A stretch of 64,000 nucleotides of DNA, taken from assembly GCF_009914755.1 (NCBI RefSeq), contig NC_060927.1; one strand, given 5' to 3'. The translations under genes and the position numbers were made by a program. Each line of letters opens with the position of its first letter. Position 1 is the stretch's first letter. Positions 14,504 through 29,274 of the stretch are shown here, piece by piece. The notes under the pieces are model-generated. The model was not told the origin of the DNA, did not search any database, and saw only the letters and a list, made by a program, of their open reading frames with translations. This DNA is from the human T2T-CHM13v2.0 reference genome, Homo sapiens.

Positions 14504-14845
14504 TTCCTTGTTTGCAGATGACATTCTCTTATATATAGAAAATTTGAAAGATTCCACCAAAAAAAACTATTAGAACTTATAAACAAATTGAGTAGAGTCG
14601 TGGGATAGAAAATCAACATACAAAATAAACAGAAGCCTTTTTATACACTAACACCAAACTATCCAAAAAATAAATCAAGAAACCAATCTCATTTACAATG
14701 CCATAAAAAATAGGAGTAAATCAATGAAGTGAAAAATCTGTACACTAAAAACTATAAAACATTGAGGAAAGAAATTAAAGAAGACACAAATAAATGGAAA
14801 GATGGTTTGTGTCACAGATTAGAAGAGTTCATATTGTTAAAACAG
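14504..14845 (+). mobile_element. Old L1MA ORF2 reverse-transcriptase region (inverted segment, part 1)
   Basis: Encodes LFADDILLYIENLKDSTKK (RT FADD motif); breaks at CATATTGTTAAA. Confidence 0.85.
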
Positions 14846-15889
14846 AGTTAAAATAGGGTAGAGCAAGAAGGCCAAATAGGAGCCTCCACCAATCATCTCA
14901 TCTAGAAGAATACCAAATTTAACAATTATCTACACAAAAAATCAGCTTCATAAGAACCAAAATGTAAGGACAAGCTTAGCCACAGTGGGGTAGAACATGA
15001 AGCAGGCTCTTGCGATCCCTGATTCCAGGTCTTGACTCTTAGGCAGTGTTTCTGGACCTGCCCAGGGCCAGAGGGAAGCCCACTGCCCTGAAGAGTGAGT
15101 CCTAGTCCTGGCAGCATTCACCAAAAGCTGACCAAGGAGCTCTCGAACTTTAAGTGAACATTGCCAGTAGCCTGGCAGTACTCCCCATGGGCCTGCAGTG
15201 CAGGTGGCTATGGGGAGAGGCTCCTCCGCCTATGGAAAGAGGAGGAAAAATGTGTAATACTTTGCCTCATGGTTTAAGTTTAAACTTAGCTGCAGTAGAA
15301 TAGAGCACCAGGCAAATTTCTAAGGTTTTTCACTCCAGGCCCTGGCTCCTGGACAGCATGCCTAGGGCATGGGGGAACACACCACCATGAAGGGAAGAAA
15401 ATAAGCCGGCTGGCTTTGCAACCTGCTGATTGTAGAGCCCTAAGGCCTTGAGCAAATACAGGCAGTATTCAGGTACTGGTTAGAGCAGGCCTTAAGTAAG
15501 ACCCCGTGTTGTGCTGGCTTCACGGCTGACCTAGCATAGTCCCATTGTTGGTGGCCACAGGCGTGCTTGTGTCACCCCACCCCCAGCTCCAGGTAGTTCA
15601 GAACAGAGAGAAAGAGAGACTACATTTGTTGGGGAGAATGTAAAGGAAGAAAATAATAGTTTCTGCCCGGTAAACCATAGAATTCTATCAGATCTTACCC
15701 AGGAACCAAGGTGGTACCTCAATGAATCTGCAAGAACCATAGTGTAACTGGGCTTGGGGTGCCCCTTAATGCATGTGTGGTTCAGATCACAACAATCAAG
15801 TCCCTTCAAATACCTGTAAAGTCTTCCTAAGAAGAAAAGATACAAACAAGCCCAGACTGTGAAGACTACAATAAATGCCTACCTCTTCA

Positions 15890-16867
15890 ATGCCCAGACA
15901 CTGACCAACATCCACAAGCATCAAGATCATCCAGGAAAACATGATCTCACCAAATGAACTAAATAAGACATCAGGGACCAATCCTGGAGAAACAGATATG
16001 TGACCTTTTAGGCAAAGAATTTAAAATAGCTGTGTTGAGGAAACTCAACTAAATTCAAGATAACACAAAGAAGGAATTCAGAATTCCATTAGGTAAATTT
16101 AAGAAAGAGATGGAGATAGTTTTAAAAAATCAAGCAGAATTTCTGGAGCTGAAAAATATAATTTGCATACTGAAGAATGCATCAGAGACCTTCAAAAGAA
16201 GAATTGATCAAGCAGAAGAATGAATTAGTGAGTTTGAAGAAAGGCTATTTGAAAGCACACAGTCAGAGGAAAGAAAAGAAAAATGAATAAAAAACAATTA
16301 AGCATGCCAACGGGATACAGAAAATAGCCTTTAAGAGTTACTGGCCTTAAAGAGGAGGTATAGAAAGAGATATGGGTAGAAAGTTTATTCAAAAAGATAA
16401 TAACAGAGAACTTCTAAACCTAGAAGTTCCATACCTACAGGAAGATATCAATATCCAAGTACAAGAAGGTTATAGAAAACCAAGCAGAAGTAACCCAAAG
16501 TAGACTACACCAAGGCATTGAATAATCAAACTCTCAAAGGTCAAGGATAAAGGAAGGATTCTAAAAGCAGCAAGAGAAAAGAAACAAATAACATACTGTG
16601 GAGCTCCAATACATTTGACAGCAGACTTTTCAGTGGAAACCTTACAGGCCAGGAGAGAGTGGCATGACATATTTAAAGTGCTAAAGGAAAAAACTTTTAC
16701 TCTAGAATAGTGCACCAGAGAAAATGCCCTTCAAACATGAAGAATAAATAAAGACTTACCCAGACTAACAAAAGCTAACAAAAGCTGAGGGATTTCCTCA
16801 ACACCACAGCTGTCCTACAAGAAATGCTAAAGGGAGTACTTCAATCAGAAAGAAAAAGGACTTTAAT
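15890..16867 (+). pseudogene. Disabled L1 ORF1 remnant
   Basis: ATGCCCAGACAC start; conserved GCAGACTTTTCAGTGGAAACCTTACAGGCCAGGAGAGAGTGG; multiple stops and frameshifts. Confidence 0.75.
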
Positions 16868-18788
16868 GAGCAAAAAGAAATCATTTGAAGGTACAAAACT
16901 TAATGGTAATAGTAAGGACACAGACATAGAATATTGTAACACTGTAATTACAGTGTATAAACTACCCTTACATAGAAAGACTAAAAGATAAGCCAATCAA
17001 AAAAATAGCTACAACAATGTTTCAGACATAGAGAAAACAATAGGATATAAATTAAAACAATAAAATGTTTAAAAGCAGGGTAACAAAATTAAAGTGTAGA
17101 GATTTTATTAGCTTTTTTTGATTGTTTATTCATGCAATCAGTGTTGTCATCAGTTTAAAATAATGGGTTATTTGATAGTATTTGCCAGCCTCATGGTAAC
17201 CTCAAATCAAAAAAACATACAATGGATACACAAAAAACAAAAAGCAAGAAATTAAATTCTACTACTAGAGAAAAATCACCTTCACTAAAAGGAAGACAGG
17301 AAGAAAGGAAAGAAGGAAAACAAGAGAAGAAAACCATCAGAAAACAAAAAAATGACAGGAGTAAGTTCTTACTTATTACTAATAACGTTGAATGCAAACG
17401 TTCTAAACACTCCAATAAAAAGACAGAGAGGTTGAATGAATTTAAAAAACAAAGTGTAACAATCTGTTGCTTACAAAAAGACATTTCACCCATAAAAACA
17501 CACATAGACTGAAAATAACAGGATGGAAAAAGATATTCCATGAAACTGGAAACTAAATGCAAGCAGGAGCTATACTTACATGATACAAAATAGATTTCAA
17601 GACAAAAAACTGTTACAAGAGACAAAGTAGGTCATTAAATAATGATAAAGGGGTCGAGAAGATATGAAATTGTAAATATATATGAAGTCAACACTGGAGC
17701 ACATTCTTCTGCTCAACACATATATCCTTCTCAAGAATAGATCATATGTTAGATCACAAAACAAGTCTTAAAACATTCAAAATAAAGTTGAAATCATATC
17801 AAGTATCTTCTCTGACCACAACGAAATGAAACTAGAAATTAACAACAAAAGGGATATATTCTTATGTGACTAGTATGTAAATGAAGAAATGAAGAAGAAA
17901 ATTGAAAACTTTATTGATATAGATGATATTGGAGACACAACATACCAAAACCTATGGGATACAGCTAAAGCAGTACTAAGAGGGAAGTTTATAGCTGTAA
18001 CAAACTACACCAAAAAAGTAGAAAAACTACAAATAGCAACTTAACTATGCATCTTAAAGAATTAGAAAACAAGAGCAAACCAAACTCAAAATCAGAAGAA
18101 AAAAATGATAAAGGTTAGAGCATAAATAAATAAAATTGAAATAAAGAAAGCAATACAAAAGATCAATGAAATGAAAATTTGTTTTTTTCAAAAGATGAAC
18201 AAAATTGACAAAACTGTAGCCAGACTAAGAAAAAAACACAGAAGAGCCAAATAAATAAAATGAGAGATGAAAAAGGAGATATGCTTTTTCAGAGAAAAAA
18301 AGTAGAAATACAGACAATACTGCAGAAATTCAAAGGATCATTAGTGGCTACTATGAGAAACTAAATGCCAATAAATTAGAAAAACTGGAGAAATAATAAA
18401 TTCTTATACACATACAATCCACCAAGATTGAACTATGAAAAAATCCAAAATGTAAACAGCCCAATAACACATAACAAAATGGAAACCACAACAGTTTCCC
18501 AGTAAAGAAAAGCCCAGGACTTGATAGATTCACTGCTGAATTCCACCAACCATTTAACTAAGAGCAAATCCTAATCCTACTCAAAGTATTCCAGAAAATA
18601 GAGAAGGATGAAATACTTACAAACTCATTCTACTAGGTCAGTATTATCCTGATCCCAAAACCAGACAAATATACATAAAAAAATAAAACTGTAAGCCAAT
18701 ATCTCAGATGAATATTGATACTAAAATCCTCAACAAAGTACTAGCAAACCAAATTCAGCAACACATTAAAAAGATCATTCATAATGAT

Positions 18789-19156
18789 CGATATAGTTTG
18801 GCTCTGTATTCCCACCTAAATCTCATCTAGAATTGTAATTCCCATAATCCCCATGTGTCAAGGGAGATACCTGGTGGGAGGTAATTAGATCACGTGGGTG
18901 GTTCCCCCATGCTGTTCTCATGATAGTGAGTTCTCATGACATCTGATGGTTTTACAACTGTTTGACAGTTGGTCCTTCATATGTTCTCTCTCACTTGCCA
19001 CCATGTAAGACGTGCCTGGTTCCCCTTCTGCCGTGATTGTAAGTTTTCTGAGGCCTCCCGAGCCATGTGAAACTGTGAGTCAATTAAACCTCTTTTCTTT
19101 ATAAGTTACCCAGTCTTGGGTATTTCTTTATAACAGTGTGAGAACAAACTAATACA
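18789..19156 (+). mobile_element. THE1 (C/D-like) MaLR solo LTR inside L1 ORF2
   Basis: GATATAGTTTGGCTCTGT...AACTGTGAGTCAATTAAACCTCTTTTCTTTATAAGTTACCCAGTC...AACTAATACA; the L1 resumes directly afterwards. Confidence 0.9.
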
Positions 19157-19582
19157 AGACCAAGTGGGATTTACTACAGGAATGCAAGAATGATTCAACA
19201 TATGCAAATCAATCAATGTGATACATCATATAAACAGAATGAAGGAAAAAACCGTATCATTATTTTAATGGATGTGAAAAAAGCATTTGAAAAAATTCAA
19301 TATATATTCATGATAAAAACCCTCAAAAAACTACTCATAGAAGGAACTTATCTTAGCATAATAAAAACCATCTATGACAGACCCACAGCTAGTATCATAC
19401 TGAATGGGGGAAAATGGAAAGCTTTCCCTAAGATTGGGAAGATGACAAGAATACTCACATTCACTATTATTTAACATAGTACCAGAAGTTCTAGCTCAAG
19501 CAATCAGACAAGAGAAAGAAATAAAGAGCAACCAAATTGTAAAGCAGTAAGTCAAATTATCTTTGGTTGCAGAAGATAGGAT

Positions 19583-19644
19583 CTTATATTTGGAAAAACC
19601 TAAAGACCCCACCCTTATATTTGGAAAAACCTAAAGACCCCACC
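19583..19644 (+). repeat. Perfect 31-bp tandem duplication inside L1 ORF2
   Basis: CTTATATTTGGAAAAACCTAAAGACCCCACC x2. Confidence 0.95.
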
Positions 19645-21684
19645 AAAAAACTGTTAGAACTGATGAACAAATTCAGTAAAATGGCAGGATACGAAATCAA
19701 CATATGAAAATTATTAGCATTTCTGTAAGCCAACAGCAAGCCATCTGAAAAGAAAATCATAAAAATTAATCTTATTTACTATAACTACAAATAAATTTAA
19801 ATATCTAGGCATTAACTAAAGATGTGAAAGATCTCTATAATGAAAACGATAAAACATTAATGCAAGAAATTGAAAAGAGCACAAAAGAATGAAAAGATAT
19901 TCCCTGTTCATGAATTGGAAGAATCAATATTGTTAAAATGTCCATACAACAAAGGTAATCTACAGATTCAATGCAATCCTTATTTAAATGCCAATGATAT
20001 TCTCCATAGAAATAGAAATAACAATCCTAACATTTATATGGAACCACAAAGGACCCAGAATAGCCAAAGCAATCCTGAGCCTAAAACAAAAACAGAATAA
20101 CAACAAAAACACCTGGAGGAATCACCTTACCTCACTTCAAATTCTAATACAGTGTTACAGTTGCCAAAACAGCATGGCACTGGCATATAGACATATAGAC
20201 TCATGGAACAGAATAAAGAACCCAGAAACAAATTCAAACATTTACAGTAAACTCATTTTTGACAAAGGTGCCAAGAATATACATTGGGGAAAGATAGTCT
20301 CTTCAATAAATGGTGCTGGGAAAACTGAATATCCACATGCAAAAGAATGAAACTAGACCTCTATCTCATGCCATATAAAAAAAATGAAATTAAAATGGAT
20401 TAAATCTAAGACATCAAACTCTGAAACTATTACATGAAAACATTTGGAAAACTCTCAAGTACATTGATCTGGGCAAAGATTTCGTGGGTAGTACCCCACA
20501 AGCAGAGGCAATCAAAGCAAAAATGGATGAATGGGATCACATCAAGTTAAAAAGCCTCTGCACAGCAAAGGAAACAACGAAGCGTGGAAACAACCCACAT
20601 AATAGAAGAAAATATTTGAAAACTATCCATCTAACAAAGGATTAATAACCAGAATAGATAAGGAGCTCAAACGACTCTAAAAAAATAAAAATCTAATTAT
20701 CTGCTTACAAAATGGACAAAAGATCTGACTAGACAAAAGAAGACATAGAAATAGCAAACACAGGCATATGAAAGGTATGGGACATCATTGAGCATCAGAG
20801 AAATACAAGTCAAAACCACGGTGAGATATCATCTCATCTCAGTTGAAATGGCTTTTATCCAAAAGACAGGCAATTAACAAATGCTAGCTAGAATGTAGAG
20901 AGATGGGAACCCTCATACACAGCTGGTACATTAGTACAACCACTATGGAGAACAGCTTGGAGGTTCCTCAAAAAAAAAAACTAGAAGTGACATTGTCATA
21001 TGATCAAGCCATCTCACTGCTGGATATAGACCCAAAAGAAAGGAAATCAGTGTATTGAAGAGATGTCTGCACTCCCATGTTTATTGCAGCACTATTAACA
21101 ATAGCCAAGATTTGGAAGCAATCTAAGTGCCCATCCTCAGATGAATGGATAAAGAAAATGTGGTATACATACACGTATACTATTCGGCTATAAAACAGAA
21201 AGAGATTCTGTCGTTTGCAAGAACTAGATGGAACTGGAGATCATTATGCTAAGTGAAATAAACCAGGCACAGAGAGACAAACTTGGCAATGTTCTCACTT
21301 ATTTGTAGGAGATAAAAATTAAGACAAGTGAATTCACGGAGTTATAGTTTAGAAAGATGGTTACCAGGGGCTGGGAAAGGTAGGGGTGGGGGGTATGAAG
21401 AAAGTGGGGATGATTAATTGGTACAAAAAAATAGAAAGAATGAGTAAGATCTAGAATTTGATAGCACAACAGAGTGACTATAGTCAATAATAATTTAATT
21501 ATATATTTTAAAATAACTAAAAGTATATAATTGGATTGTTTGTAATACAAACAGTAAATACTTGAGGTGATAGGTATCCCATTTACCCTGAAGTGATTAT
21601 TATACAGTTTATGACTGTATCAAAAGTTCTCTTGTACCCCATAAAATATACACTTATAATGTGCTCACAAAAATTAAAAATTGA

Positions 21685-22465
<781 letters not shown>

Positions 22466-22989
22466 AATATATTTTATTACACAATACTATTAGTTAATTT
22501 TTAGTAATATTATCGGTATGAAAAACTATTTCAAGTTAACAATTTTATTTAAAATCCCAAAGATAATAAAAAATTTTGTTTGAAAAAATAATAAAAGATA
22601 ATATTTATTAACTTCAGCCAAATTAAGATACTCTTAACTCTTTACATACCCTTAAGGAATACTTTGTTTTGATCAATTTAGTTAACTGTTAACATGAATC
22701 ATTATTGAGCATAGGGTAAATAATGGTTAATTAACTATGTTACATTTGATTTACATTTGAATATTTCCGTAAGAAAGGTTTCTGTATTTCAATATTGTTT
22801 CTGGCTTCCCAATAGTCCATATATTCAGGGCAAACAAACAATGTAAAGTGGGGATGTTTAACAGCCATGTAATTAAGGCTTTTTGTTGGGATTTTAAAAG
22901 ACTCTTTAATTTTTTTTATAATTTCTGATCAATGTGTTTTGTATTGTGATCATTAATGTAAACTCTGTTTCAAAATTCAGAAAGTAAGT

Positions 22990-23082
22990 TAACTGCATGG
23001 CCTTAGTTTCTTCAGAGGTAAAATGGCACAGTTAGATGAATAGGTCTTTAAGTTATCTTCCATATCTAGAACTTTGTAGATT
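22990..23082 (+). mobile_element. MIR3-like fragment
   Basis: GGCCTTAGTTTCTTCAGAGGTAAAATGG...GGTCTTTAAGTTATCTTCCATATCTAGAAC. Confidence 0.5.
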
Positions 23083-26000
23083 AACAGTAGAATCATGTTA
23101 TTCCTCTCTTCTTTTTACCCAACATTAAAGCTAATCCTACCCACAATAAAATGTTGAATGTTGAATATTACTAAATAAAGTGAATACATAAATAGGTAGA
23201 TATATAATGTTAGGACAGCAAAAAATAATTTACTTATAAAGTAAACTGGTTCGATGTTTTCTAATTTGTATTCATTATTGACACATAAAATTCACATTTT
23301 GTTGTTATGACCATTGAGATGATATAAAACTATCATAGAAAGCCATCATAGTCGAAATGATCAATGAATCAATTAATATTCCTTTGAAATATATATATAT
23401 TTATATTCCTGTTACTTGCCACTAAAAATAATGTTCAGTGTTCTTATTATGAAAATATAATTTATATACTTTGTAATTTTAGTTTCAGTATAGGAAACAA
23501 AATTGTCATTGAGCTGGTCAAATCCTTTCTTTGTGATGACTGTAATAAATAAAATGTATATATTTGCCATCTGTATTCAAATGTTTTGTATGCATTTGCT
23601 CATTTAACAATAATTTATGATAACAGTGCTAAAATATAAAAATAAAATAAATAATTTTCCAATATGTAGAGTGAATGACAAATTTAAATAGGAATTTTAC
23701 CTTTGATATTTGGAAATGCATTTTGTTTTTCATTTTTTACCATTTTTTCTTGACTAATACAATTCCAATTGGCCAGAAAAAAATGTTTGAGCAACAAAAG
23801 AATAATCTAGTAATATAATCTGGAACTGGAGTGCTGAAAATTTTTTGTTGTTTTCTACACTGTTCTTTATTTTCTACTGTCAGTGCCATTCATGCTTTTT
23901 AAAAATTCCTCTGAGTATGCACAGTGTTGATTGGCTCAATTCATGGGAATGACCCATATATGCATTGAAGGGCCAAATTTAGCCTGGAATAATAAAATCA
24001 GCCTGTACTAGGCTCATCACAAAGTTAATAAGTGATTAGATGCATTTTGTATTAGTGTTTGTTGAGCAACAAAGTTCAAAAATATCTTTCAGCCTAAGAG
24101 TATTTTCCAAAATGTTTAGGCATTTTGACTAATGACCTGACAATGATGCATTTATATTATATACAGTATTTGGAATAGGATTGGTTCACTGGGTCTTCAT
24201 ATTCCAGTTCCCTGGGTCAGTCTGAAAAGATTCTTGGGACAGATCCTGGAAATGCGGCCTGAGGGAGAATGTTAGTTATGCAGGGCATTCACAAATGTAT
24301 GCAGTGCCACTCACTGACATCTACAAAGGGTCCATTTTATAAATTGTCAAAGAAGCCATTGTGGCGGAATGACACCAGAGAAGAGCTGTCAATTCTATTA
24401 TTAAATTGACATTCCGCACATGCTGCTTTCAGATGGAGATCCTTAATGAACTTATTCTCCCTCCTTTTTCCCCTGCATCATTTTATCTTCTTTCTTATCC
24501 GCTCCTCAAATAGACATCAATTGGTGTTAAAGTGTTGGACAAGTGAGCCCTACAAGAAGCCATCCTTCTGGTTCATTGACAGCTATTTCAAACACCTGGG
24601 AGAGAGTCTTCACAACATGTCTGTTGCTTCAGGATGCTACAGTGATTCCTACAAAAACTATGACATCTCCTAGGGTATTGTCAATCAAGCATTTGAGGGT
24701 AAAAACAAGAACAAAAAAAAAGTGTGTTTTAAAGCAAGATGATAAATAGTAGTGTAATCCTATTTGTGAAAAGGAAGAAGAGCAAGGCATTGTCTCAATC
24801 TACAGAGCACAACACCCAGCTCTTGGATGTTTTTGACAATGAAAAGTGAAGGGCACATGCCTTAGTCAAAACTGAGGGTTTGATACAAGCTGGTTGTTAA
24901 TTCTCTTGAAAATCTCCATTGTTCTCCTAGTCACTGGAATCGTGTGCTAAACAAGCATTCAATGAAGAAAGTGCCCTATCATCCTTGTTCATTTGTTTAA
25001 TGTCATTCTTATTGTTATACATCCCGCAAGAGTGTATTTACCAGGTAGCCAGTCTTGTGATCCTGCCCGCTGTGAATCCTCTATGAAGATGACAAGCTCG
25101 AAGGGATGGCTAACTTTTGTTCTCAGGGGTGTCTTGTGGTGGATATCCTGTGACTGGCAGCTGTTGGGAAGAAGGACAAGGAGATTTTTACATTTGTTTA
25201 CTGCCTTGACATTTCCCCATTCCTTCTCACATTGACTATTGTCATTTGTGGAAGAACTGAAATTCCTACCCTTCCAATGCAGATCCCACAGAGCTATGAA
25301 GCTATACAGCTATGAAGAAATCATTATGAGAAATAAAAAGTGGCTCAGGCTCACTGCATAATGAAACATCCTGACAGTCTAGCTACTAGAATATAAACAT
25401 TCCTAAGATTCTTAACAAGACATTTCATCTTATGTTACTCTTTGTGTGAAGCAGAAGCCTTAAATATTGTGTATTCTCATTATGTTGTCAGTAGAATGAG
25501 GTCTCCATTAAATTTTTTTGAGTTGTGTCCCACCTGTTTTGCTTTAAACTTTTTGATTTATTTTTACAGCCAGTATTTCTTATGATTTCTTATTACAGCT
25601 AGTAAACTGTGTAGAAATTAAGATTTCTCTGGTAGGAAAATGACATATTCACCTGTAGTTCTGCAGTTTTAAATAGTTGATTTTCTCTTTTCTTTTTATC
25701 TTCTTTATTTTAGCTTGTTTGCTGTTTAATAATTGCTGTGACTCACAATTTTATAACTTGTTGCTTGACTATAATCTAGTGGTTTTTTACTACAAATCTG
25801 AGAGTGATAAAATCTGAGGCTTAGAAAAACCATATGACAGAACTTGCCTGAATGAATAAGCCAAACTGATGGAATTCTCATGCCTAATGTTATCTAAAGC
25901 TTTCTGAAAAATATTTTACTGTAGCATATAATTTACTCAACATAAGTGGTTTCTACAGTGCTATTGAAAAGAATTTCTGTCACTTACTGGCATTAGGATG

Positions 26001-26514
26001 ATGATATTTTAAGCCCCTTGATCCAGAGCCTGTGCTTCACAGTCAAGACTAAAAACCAAGACTAAAGCACGATTGCACTTCCTTACTTAAAAAAAGATTG
26101 AATGATTTATAGTCTGAGAAAAAAAATCACTATGTCTTCATACGCAGAAATATGTACTAAGTGACGAACTAACTATATATATGTGTGTGTATGTATGTAT
26201 ATCTATACGTGTGTGTATATATATGTATACACATTTTATTTCATGTTATTTAATAATAAAAGTATCTAAAACACTTTAGGATAAGAAAAACTTTGCACAT
26301 TTCCAATATAATAATTTTAAGTATTTTGAATTGTGTATACAACTTTGATGTTTCTCTTCTTTTTCGCCTCTTAATTCCATTATGTCTTAAAACAATATAA
26401 GTGATTGATATAAAGCATTACTGCAAAAAAATCAACAATGTTTTTGAAACTTTTGCTTTATTATATGATCATAAAAATCACTAAAAAATTATTATTAAGA
26501 ATCTTATAAGATTC

Positions 26515-26889
<375 letters not shown>

Positions 26890-27474
26890 AGTTCTCAAAT
26901 GAAAGCTAAAATTTTCCAGTCACTAGAGTTCTTTCAGAAAAAAAAAAAAAACAATTAAAAAATATAATGTTTCTGCCCAACTTCAACATTTATAATGGTA
27001 AGGAGACCACTCAGCAGAAACATTTATTGAGAGGGGTCCCATAAGTGAGTTTGTCAGAACTTTAACGTCAGTCATTGTGCAGGAGCTAGGGCTTGTAAAA
27101 TATAAAAGTGGTCAGACATTTAACAAAAGTACAGTAATGAATATGCCTAAATCTATGTCCACTGGAATGTGAGCTTGACGAGAAAAGGGACTTTGTTCAT
27201 TGCCAAGCCTGCAAAGCTATGACATTTCATAACTCAATGTTGGTGCTCAGTACTTTTTGCTAAATGAGTGAAAAGTATGTTTAAAAATGTATTAAGCTCA
27301 TTTCAAAAAAAGTTATTTGGAAAAAGAATCCTGCCAACAATCTTAATAAAACCATTCCAAGTAAATAAATATTATTTAAAATGTAGAATATCAAGGAAAA
27401 TTGCAATCTGAAATAACATAAATTTGGTTGTAATCATATTAGAATTGGTTTGTATTCTTTGCCTCTTCTCTGCC

Positions 27475-27611
27475 TTTTTTTTTTTTTTTGTAAATTGAAA
27501 TGAGGTCTCACTATGTTGCCCAGGCTAGTCTCGAACTCGTGGACTCAAGCAATCCTCTGGCCTCAGCCTCCTGAGTAGCTGGGATTACAGGCATCGCTAC
27601 GATGCCTTGCT
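27475..27611 (-). mobile_element. FLAM (free left Alu monomer)
   Basis: T-tail, GAGGTCTCACTATGTTGCCCAGGCT...CTCAAGCAATCCTC...GAGTAGCTGGGATTACAGGC; single monomer. Confidence 0.85.
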
Positions 27612-28561
27612 TGTCCTGTCTCAAATAAGGCTATGATGAATTTTTTAACATTTGCTCTCATTCTCTACAGTATAGCATCAGTTTGAGTTTAGCTTTATAG
27701 GCATGTGTATGTGCATGTGTGTGTACTTTAAATGACAGTATAAACTGATAAGCAAATTTCGGCTTAACTTTACAAAAAATAGACCACTGCATTTCACATC
27801 ATTGAACTTATACTACTGCCCTACGTGTTAAGGGAAACTTTTACTGCAATATTTGGAAAGTGTGAGAAATGGTTACTGATGACAAATACTTTTTAATAAA
27901 TGTCTGTTATTTAAAAATCTGATGTTTTTTGTCTAAATAAAACAAGCATAACCTCTAATGCTGAACTCAGCTGTAAAATTCTGGAATTCCATCACTGTAA
28001 GCACAATAGAATTGTAACTTAAATAAAGAATCTACCGTTGTTCATTTTAGAGAAACATTAATATAGGCACAGCACAAGTCAAATGAAATTATAAAGTTAC
28101 ATTTCAGAGACTATTCACATTATTTTAGCATATGCATATATATTTATTATGATTTCTAATATTCCAGATGTAAAATTTATACAAATCTTTTATTTAGTTA
28201 TCTATTTATTCAGCAAAAATATGCTAGCATTATATAACATTATGTTATACTACTGGGGATATAACAACAAACAAAGAGAAAAACATCATTGCCTTCATGA
28301 AACTTACATTGGACTACAAAGACAGAGTAATTAACAAATTAGTAAATTGTAGGATTATTAGACAGTAATAAATAAAGCATAAAAGGAGGAGACAGTGATT
28401 TTAAATAGGATGGTTAGGAAAGCTATCTCTGAGAAGGTAACAAAAAAAAAAAAATATATGCACAATTTCAGCACAGACTTGAGTCCTGTAGGTAAAACAC
28501 ATATCTAGCAGAAGGCATACCCCTGAGGCAAGTTTATATCTGGCTGAGTTCAAGAAAAGTG

Positions 28562-28619
28562 AGGATATAGCTTGAGTACCAAGAGCAAGGATATAGCTTG
28601 AGTACCAAGAGCAAGGATA
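28562..28619 (+). repeat. 26-bp tandem duplication
   Basis: AGGATATAGCTTGAGTACCAAGAGCA x2 plus a partial copy. Confidence 0.9.
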
Positions 28620-28767
28620 AGGGTAGTAGAAGATAAGGTCAGAAATATAAAGGAGGTCAGATTATGTAAGGATTTGTAGGGTATTCTATACACTTTGAAT
28701 TTTAATCTGTATGAAATGGAGGCCATTGGAGAGTTTTGGACAAAGGAATAATAATACTTCAATTCTG

Positions 28768-28922
28768 TTTATATTTTATTTTATTCTATTTTTTTTTTTT
28801 TTTTTTAGAAACAGGGTTTCACCATGTTGGCAAAGCTCGTCTCGAACTCCTGACCTCAAGTGATCCACATGCCTCGGCTTCCCAAAGTGTGGGAATACAG
28901 GGATGAGCTACCACACCTGGCC
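28768..28922 (-). mobile_element. Solo Alu left monomer (S-type) with a long A-rich tail
   Basis: T-tract, then AGAAACAGGGTTTCACCATGTTGG...CTGACCTCAAGTGATCC...CCTGGCC; no right monomer. Confidence 0.85.
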
Positions 28923-29274
28923 CTGTATGGAGCCAAGAAGATTTGCTGACAGATTATACATGGAGTGTGAAAGCCAAGTATTTTCCCCAAGGTCCTTCAC
29001 CTTGTGAAGGTGCAAGGGAAAGGATGGAGTCATCATTAACTGAGATTGGGACAACTGTGTAAGGAGCAAGTTTGATGAGTAAAATGAGAAAATTTATTTT
29101 GTACATGTTATGTTAAAGATACCAATTAGATAATTAGTTATATATCATACAGAAATAGATGTACAAGGCTGAAGTTCATGGATGAAGTCTGACCTAGGAA
29201 AACAAATTTGGAAGTTTACCTCCTATATAAGCTATACAGTTGATATATAACATCAGGAGACTAAATGAAATCAC

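Larger units (their letters stand above)
17352..21315 (+). pseudogene. Disabled L1 ORF2 (endonuclease/RT) remnant interrupted by a THE1 LTR
   Basis: ATGACAGGAGTAAG start. ORF fragments 19190-19474 ([10 protein letters not shown]) and 19988-20350 (WNHKGPRIAKAIL, LIFDKGAKNIHWGK). Apparent internal deletion at about 17700. Confidence 0.8.

Noticed and set aside
17191-20350. ORFs of 76-144 aa within the L1
   Set aside because: Fragments or antisense frames of a disabled ORF2; no intact protein.
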